From Blastocystis sp. Blastoise (Eukaryota > Protista > Bigyra: Opalinata): a stretch of 64,000 nt of DNA. The position numbers and the translations under genes are program-made. Location: positions 186,001-250,000 of the forward strand of contig JBBPEB010000020.1 in the NCBI GenBank assembly GCA_039096225.1, written 5' to 3'. Shown one piece after another: positions 57,925 through 64,000 of this stretch; position 1 is the stretch's first letter; the number at the start of each line of letters is the position of its first letter. The notes under the pieces were generated by a model that saw nothing but the letters and a program-made list of their open reading frames with translations, was not told the origin of the DNA and searched no databases.

Positions 57925-60237
57925 ATGTCAGAAGATAAAGATAATAGAATTAAAACACAAATTATACCTATTAACACTTTAAGTGTTAATAATGAATTTG
58001 ATGTACATCTTGATACAAATATTGATATACAAGGTGATACTATAGGTTTTGTTGATCTTAATTTATGTAGTAATATTAATTCTAATAATGAACAAATACC
58101 TATATTTAATACTATTGAACAAGATGAAACATTAGCTATAAATGGTATTCTTATTGATATTCCTAAAGGTTATTATGATTTATCTACTTTATTAAATATA
58201 ACTGGATTTAAATTAAAACAAGAAGAAAATAATGAAAATATTGCTTTATTATCTTATACTTATGAACAACCTAAAATCTTTGTTGTAGATTCAAATAATA
58301 ATAAAGTAAAAATATATATTAGTGCAGGAAGAAATCAACAATCAACTATACCTAATGGTAAGTATACAGAACAAGAATATATAGAAGAAATTGCATGGGG
58401 AATGAATAGTTATTGGGGTTCAACGGCATCCTCTCGATATTGTGTAGATTGGAGTGAATTTGCTTATAGTATACGATTAGCAAATAATAATGAAACTATA
58501 CATTGGATTAATCATGATGACACAGTAGGTGTCTTTAGTACTGCACATTCATTTCATTTTAATACAATAACTAACGGTATATCAACTGATTATGATAAAT
58601 ATAATTATATTAATTTTATTGATACGAATGATAAAACAATATGTAAACAAGAATGGAAATTTGATAGAGTAGTTAATTTTGCTGTTATTGAAGAAGGAAA
58701 AAATACAATATATATGAGTATGGGTGCTGATTATCCAAAAATGTTTCTTATTACTATACCTCCTGGAACATATACACAAAAATCATTTTATGAAGAATTC
58801 TGCAGACAATCAAGTATAGCATGGCCAGCAACAATACAACCCGGTGGTATTGATACACTTGATGACTGGACAGAAGAACATCCATTCTGGTATTTACAAA
58901 ATGAAGAATTGAATGATGCTTATTTAAGTAATTATGACTTAGAACATAGTTTAATGGATTATTATGGTATATTACATAATTTACAAACATTTAAATATTT
59001 TAATTCATTTACACCTATAAATATGTGGGATGTACAAGATGGTCCAATGCCTAAATATACAGATTATCCAGAAGAATTAAAACAATGGGTACCAGGATAT
59101 ATACCTCCAATAAATACTACTATTATTCCTACATATCATACATATATAGATGCAAGATTTATTAATTTTGCTACTTGCCCACAATTACGTGAAATTCTTG
59201 GATTTACACAAGAATATTATTTAAATGATGATATAAAAATAAGTGAGAATATAGCTAATATTACTGGAAAAAAATCAGTTTTACAATGTCATTGTAGTAT
59301 ATCAGATACTATGAATAATTGCTTATGTTGTATACCAATACGAAATCCCCTTGGGAATAATCAATTTCATGAAATGATAAATAGTCATGTTAATATAGGT
59401 ATTACTCATACAAATTATTTAAAATTTCGTTTTACAGATGCTGCTGGCAATGGAATAGAAATTGCTGGCAATACGAAATTACTTGGTTTTTTAGAATTAA
59501 AAGATACGGTTGAAGGCTCAGAACAACCACAAACATTAAAAAATTTAAATTTATCTTGTTTAACCGCGGATACACAATTTGAAACTGATTTTAAAGATTT
59601 GAATTTAATTGATAAAACCGTAAAAGATATTATTATACAAAATAATAATCCTTCAACTACTGGTCAAATAAATTCTCTTTATATAAATAATTTTCAAAAT
59701 CCTATTTGTATTTTTAACACAGATCAAAAGTTTCTCTATTATAATAATGTAAATTCTCCAATTTCTGTAAATCATAATATAAAATTATTATTTGATCATC
59801 CTTTTCAAGGAAATATTATTTGTAATGTCTGTGAACCTGTAACAATCCCACGGTTATTCTTAGATTGGGATGAAATCTATTGTGATTTTACAAATTCAGA
59901 CAAATTAAGTTTTAATATTCATAAAGTCTTAAAATATAATAATGTTTATTTAACAAATATTTTAGTATTATCTACAAATATTAAAGAAAACACAAATGGA
60001 ATAGTTTCTCTTAATTGTTTCCCTAATAAATATCAAAATATTATTCATATGATATTCCCAGGGGAATTACCTTATTTTTATAATTCTGATCAAAAATATG
60101 ATTGTATAAAACAATATATGAAACCAAATACGTATGTATGTAATCGCAGTATGTTGTCATTATTACCAAGTATTACGTCATTTGAAATAAGCTGTGACGT
60201 TAGGTGTGTCATACTCTTAAAGATCCAATATAATTAA
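57925..60237 (+). CDS. Large penton-like/vertex protein with repeated insert domains (true start ATG 57925, 770 aa)
   Basis: Three IPxGxY motifs (IPKGYY, IPNGKY, IPPGTY), then LQCHCSI, LCCIPI and LKFRFTDAAG. Most of the first 17 aa of the ORF-track call derive from the hAT TIR and TSD. Confidence 0.65.
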   Translation: MSEDKDNRIKTQIIPINTLSVNNEFDVHLDTNIDIQGDTIGFVDLNLCSNINSNNEQIPIFNTIEQDETLAINGILIDIPKGYYDLSTLLNITGFKLKQEENNENIALLSYTYEQPKIFVVDSNNNKVKIYISAGRNQQSTIPNGKYTEQEYIEEIAWGMNSYWGSTASSRYCVDWSEFAYSIRLANNNETIHWINHDDTVGVFSTAHSFHFNTITNGISTDYDKYNYINFIDTNDKTICKQEWKFDRVVNFAVIEEGKNTIYMSMGADYPKMFLITIPPGTYTQKSFYEEFCRQSSIAWPATIQPGGIDTLDDWTEEHPFWYLQNEELNDAYLSNYDLEHSLMDYYGILHNLQTFKYFNSFTPINMWDVQDGPMPKYTDYPEELKQWVPGYIPPINTTIIPTYHTYIDARFINFATCPQLREILGFTQEYYLNDDIKISENIANITGKKSVLQCHCSISDTMNNCLCCIPIRNPLGNNQFHEMINSHVNIGITHTNYLKFRFTDAAGNGIEIAGNTKLLGFLELKDTVEGSEQPQTLKNLNLSCLTADTQFETDFKDLNLIDKTVKDIIIQNNNPSTTGQINSLYINNFQNPICIFNTDQKFLYYNNVNSPISVNHNIKLLFDHPFQGNIICNVCEPVTIPRLFLDWDEIYCDFTNSDKLSFNIHKVLKYNNVYLTNILVLSTNIKENTNGIVSLNCFPNKYQNIIHMIFPGELPYFYNSDQKYDCIKQYMKPNTYVCNRSMLSLLPSITSFEISCDVRCVILLKIQYN

Positions 60238-60359
60238 AAATAATAGTTTCTCTTTTTAAAGATATAAGTTTCCACTTTTCTCTATTTTTTTATTTTATTT
60301 TATAAATCATTTTTATTTTATTTTTTATTATTTTTAAATAATTCTGAATTCTGCTGAAA

Positions 60360-60992
60360 ATGTCTGAAGATTTGAATAAGTTACCTTACTCTGAACTCCT
60401 TAAAGAAAAAAAATTAGAAAAGAAACTGAAATTATTGAAATGGAATATTGGTGAACCTCATGAAAGTACTTTTGTAGATAATGTTTTTGATATTCGTGAA
60501 ACAATGAAAAATGTGAAACAATTAATTTCTTATTTAGGTGAAACCATACAATTATATGATGAAATCTTGAATGATGAAAATGCCAAGAAGGCTGCCCCTG
60601 AACATTTAGCTCTTATTGATTATTCTACTGATAATAAAGAACTTCATGTATATATAGAAAAACGCATTTTTGAGGGACTCAGAGACATAGATGATTGTCT
60701 TATATATATTGAAACAGAAGCTCAAAGTATTCGTAATCCTAGAGAATTATTTAAGGAAATGAAAAGAATTCGTAAAGAAAAATATGATGAATGTGAAAAA
60801 TTTGTAAAGTATAATATATCTAAGAATGGTATTGATACTCCACCAAGAACTCCTACTCATGAAGCTAAAAGAACTAAGATTGAACCAAGTCAACCTGAAC
60901 GTAATTTAACTCCTTTAATTGATTTTCCAATGCTTAATCTTGACTGTATTTCTGAATCTGAAGAAAATAGTAGTAGTTCTGATAAAGAATGA
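60360..60992 (+). CDS. Viral hypothetical protein (charged, helical)
   Basis: Intact 210-aa ORF with normal composition and A-rich start context. Confidence 0.7.
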   Translation: MSEDLNKLPYSELLKEKKLEKKLKLLKWNIGEPHESTFVDNVFDIRETMKNVKQLISYLGETIQLYDEILNDENAKKAAPEHLALIDYSTDNKELHVYIEKRIFEGLRDIDDCLIYIETEAQSIRNPRELFKEMKRIRKEKYDECEKFVKYNISKNGIDTPPRTPTHEAKRTKIEPSQPERNLTPLIDFPMLNLDCISESEENSSSSDKE

Positions 60993-61138
60993 ATTTTTAT
61001 TTTTTATATTATTTTATTTATTTATTTATATTTTTTTTATTGTATTAAAAATTATTATTAATTCTTTTATTTGTTGTTTAGTTATTATTTTTTTTTTTAA
61101 TTAAAACAAAACACATATATAATATATATAAAAAATAA

Positions 61139-61558
61139 TTAATTATTATTATTATTAAAAAAAGAATTTACTGACATACAATCATTTTGATTCATACGAT
61201 TATTATTTATAAAGGGTGGCTGTGTTAAATCATTATCTATAGAAGATATATGTGGTTGTGAAGATAGAATAGAATTATTATTATTATAAAGATTTTTAGA
61301 ATATATTTTTTGTATTTCCTTATCTATAATATTTTGAATTTCTTTACGACATTGATTATCGTCTATAAATTCACTGGCACGACGTAAACCATTTAATTCA
61401 TTTTTTGTAAAATTTGCATTCTTATGAAAATCTATAAATCTACAACATAAACTAAATATACGATTTCCATAGGACCTTATAGCATCTTTCTTTATACCAC
61501 GTAATTCTTCAGCAAAATTTGCATAAGTCATATTATGCATATTAATAGGTTGTGACAT
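61139..61558 (-). CDS. Viral hypothetical protein
   Basis: Intact 139-aa ORF followed by a TGTTTTGTT motif. Confidence 0.65.
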   Translation of the reverse strand: MSQPINMHNMTYANFAEELRGIKKDAIRSYGNRIFSLCCRFIDFHKNANFTKNELNGLRRASEFIDDNQCRKEIQNIIDKEIQKIYSKNLYNNNNSILSSQPHISSIDNDLTQPPFINNNRMNQNDCMSVNSFFNNNNN

Positions 61559-61645
61559 TTTTATTACTATATAGAAAAATAAAATAATTATGTCAATAAC
61601 CTTGAATTTATTTTATTTAATATATTCAGTTCACATCAGAATTTT

Positions 61646-62236
61646 TCAACATGGCATTACATTACCGTGACTAATTAAATATAATAAAGAATAATAAAAA
61701 CAACCATTAGCATTTTCAGACGTGCTTTGATGCTGAATTGGACTGAATACTATGTTATGACTATTTACAAAATTTCTACTAAAATTTGGTTTATTCCCAA
61801 GACTACTATAATGTTCTATTTTCTTTGGAGTATAGATAATTGCTTCAAAATGTCCAAAGTTAGGATCTGAATTACTTTGATGAAATATCATATTATATTT
61901 TGTTCTATCATTATCTATATTATTTTCAAATTCTTCATAACTATTATAATAATTAAAACCTTCTGAATTTGACTGATTTAACATATTCATTGTTGATTTT
62001 GCACGACTACAAGCCACCGCACTTGTTGGTTTATTTAAATAACCGTAGTTATATATTTGCTTTAATAAATTCATGGGAACTGATGAATATTGACTAATTT
62101 TTTGAGAAAAATCTTCGGGAGATCTAGGAGTTACTTTTCTATCAGAATCACTTATAATAGGATTATCACAATCTAAGTGTTCTTGTATAAGTTTCTCATT
62201 CTTACTTTCTTCTAAACCTCCCCCTCTCAGTTTTTT
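61646..62236 (-). CDS. Adenain/Ulp1-like maturation cysteine protease; frame open upstream of Met 62074 to the slippery site
   Basis: GHFEA (His), IEHYSSLG (usual Asp position is Ser), QHQ (oxyanion Gln), GCFYYSLLYL (Cys). Confidence 0.75.
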   Translation of the reverse strand, partial: KKLRGGGLEESKNEKLIQEHLDCDNPIISDSDRKVTPRSPEDFSQKISQYSSVPMNLLKQIYNYGYLNKPTSAVACSRAKSTMNMLNQSNSEGFNYYNSYEEFENNIDNDRTKYNMIFHQSNSDPNFGHFEAIIYTPKKIEHYSSLGNKPNFSRNFVNSHNIVFSPIQHQSTSENANGCFYYSLLYLISHGNVMPC

Positions 62237-63633
62237 GATTTATTCCCATGTTTATTTCGTTTACATTGTTGCATATATTCATAAAATGCTCTACCTTTTA
62301 ATCTTTTTTTAGGTCCAGCAGCACGTAATACACCACTAGCTTTATCTGGCTTATTTTCTATTTCAGGCGCATCTGAAGTTTTTTCAGAACTATCAGCAAT
62401 TAAATTATCATTTTGAACAATTTGCTTGGAATTTGCTGCTTTCTGTTTCTGGTAATTTTCTAAATTTTTCTTTCTTTCTTTTAATTCTTCTTTATGATAA
62501 TCACCTTCTACTTCCATTTCTTGTTTTTTTATTTCATTTTCTTCTTTCATTGTATCCCATGCTTCTTTTAATTTACCTGGTTGTGCATAATACATTATTT
62601 TAGAAGGAATTGTCTTTACTGTATTCCATATATCTGGTAAATTCTTTACTACACCCATAATTTCATCAACTACACCACCACCACGCCTAAGCCGCAAATG
62701 ATTACCATCAGGAGATTCACTAAAATCTATATATTTACGTATTTTAGACATATTCAGTGGTTTTAAGCCTGCTGCACGCATTCCTTTACGGTTATCTACC
62801 ATAAATTGTAAAGCATTAGCTATTTGTGGTGGAATTAATTTCCCTTTTTTATTTTTTGTTTTAAAGAATTTCCTTACAGATTTATCATCTTAAGAACCAC
62901 CTCTAGAAGACTCCATCGCAGTAATAACTCCTGATAAATTATTTTCTAATAATGTACCACCAAAGGTTTTATTTAATTTTCTATGAATTCCATTACCTTG
63001 ATTATTATTGGCTATCTTCTTTATTATATTTAATGAACCATTTACTATACCACCTTGTGAATCATTATTATCACCAGTTAACATATTACCTATATGTTCT
63101 ACTGATTTACGTTTTGTAGCTTTACCTATAGCTTTCATTGTATGACCTAAAGCTTTTGTAAACATACCACCACCTTTATTATTTTGTAATTTATTTAATT
63201 CACGACTATTATAAGCTAATCCTTTACCTTTTATACCTATACGATTACGTGCTTTGAAATTAGTAGGATTAATCTGTGGATCATCACTAGTATGAGCTTC
63301 TTCTTGATTATCTACAGTATCATCATATCGCCTTTTATTTATTACACCTTTTCCTACAGGTTTTGCTTGTATTAAAGCTCCTCCTGCACCTGTATTAATA
63401 CCAAATTCTTTATCACGATTAACATAAGAATTTATTTTATTTTCTATTTGATTTTTCTTTTTTAAATTTGATACTAAAAAAGATGAATTTGGACCTACTT
63501 CAAATATTAATGGATTATATTCATCTAATGTTTTTAATGGTTGAGGTTTATAAGGTCTATTCTCTTTACCAACTGCTATTTTATTTATACCAAATGCACC
63601 AGGGCTTGGCATACCTAATATACAAGTTTCCAT
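62227..63633 (-). pseudogene. Viral core-like protein paralog B (468 codons, one in-frame TAA at 62890-62892)
   Basis: The two ORFs share a frame, linked by SRGGS*DDKSVRKFFKTKNKKGKLIPPQIANALQFMVDN. Many GxG/GGG motifs. Confidence 0.7.
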
Positions 63634-63702
63634 TATTAATAAAATATATTTTTTATAACAAAACTATTCTTTTAATAATAAATAAAATATAAATAAATAA
63701 TG

Positions 63703-64000
63703 TTAATAATTTATATGTAAAATATATTCATCATATAATACACCTTTACTTCTTACATATGTATTTTGACGATAAAATGATAATACTGAAGTATATTGTA
63801 TATCTTTATCATCAAAAGATTTTTTCATTTCATTACTTCATGATATATATACACATATAGCATCTTTCATTTCTTTCACAGTTTCTAAAAATTCATTATT
63901 TGAAAATTTATCTTTACTATAACGATCAAATGTATTCATATAGGGTGGATCCATATAATATATACCCTTAGGATATTTCTTTATTATATCACGATAATCA
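63703..64000 (-). pseudogene. C-terminal part of a Dam-like (D12 class) N6-adenine DNA methyltransferase with in-frame TGA at 63838-63840 (not in ORF track)
   Basis: DYRDIIKK..IYYMDPPY..FDRYSKDKF..VYIS*SN..EYILHINY. Confidence 0.82.

Overview
AT-rich eukaryotic DNA with short GT-AG introns; a 30-nt intron and a TGTTTTGTT 3' motif suggest a Blastocystis-like host (inference only). The three intron-poor gene clusters (1-6234, 28826-34277, 57923-64000) appear to be one endogenous Polinton-like virus (PLV). It encodes a tyrosine recombinase, A32-like packaging ATPase, two tandem major-capsid paralogs, two penton-like proteins, a cysteine protease, a DPPY adenine methyltransferase and Gly-motif core-like proteins. 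Two giant cargo-carrying DNA transposons split it. The first is a 22.6-kb MULE-type element (6235-28816, 9-bp TSD TTTATATAT) whose removal restores a 591-aa viral ORF in frame. The second is a 23.6-kb hAT (34278-57914, 8-bp TSD TTTTAAAT) carrying its own spliced transposase and a UTP20 fragment. A 6.7-kb CACTA element (16578-23237, TSD ATT) is nested in the MULE. Removing the two outer insertions gives about 17.8 kb of contiguous viral sequence, with both termini outside the window. Other notable signals are a candidate -1 frameshift (A_AAA_AAC) fusing a core protein to the protease through LRGG, three linker-less tRNA-like cloverleafs with covarying stems at the 3' ends of long pyrimidine-rich units, and an 8-copy tandem micro-exon array plus a degenerate Ulp1-like domain in the hAT transposase. 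All family assignments come from motif recognition by eye; no searches were run.
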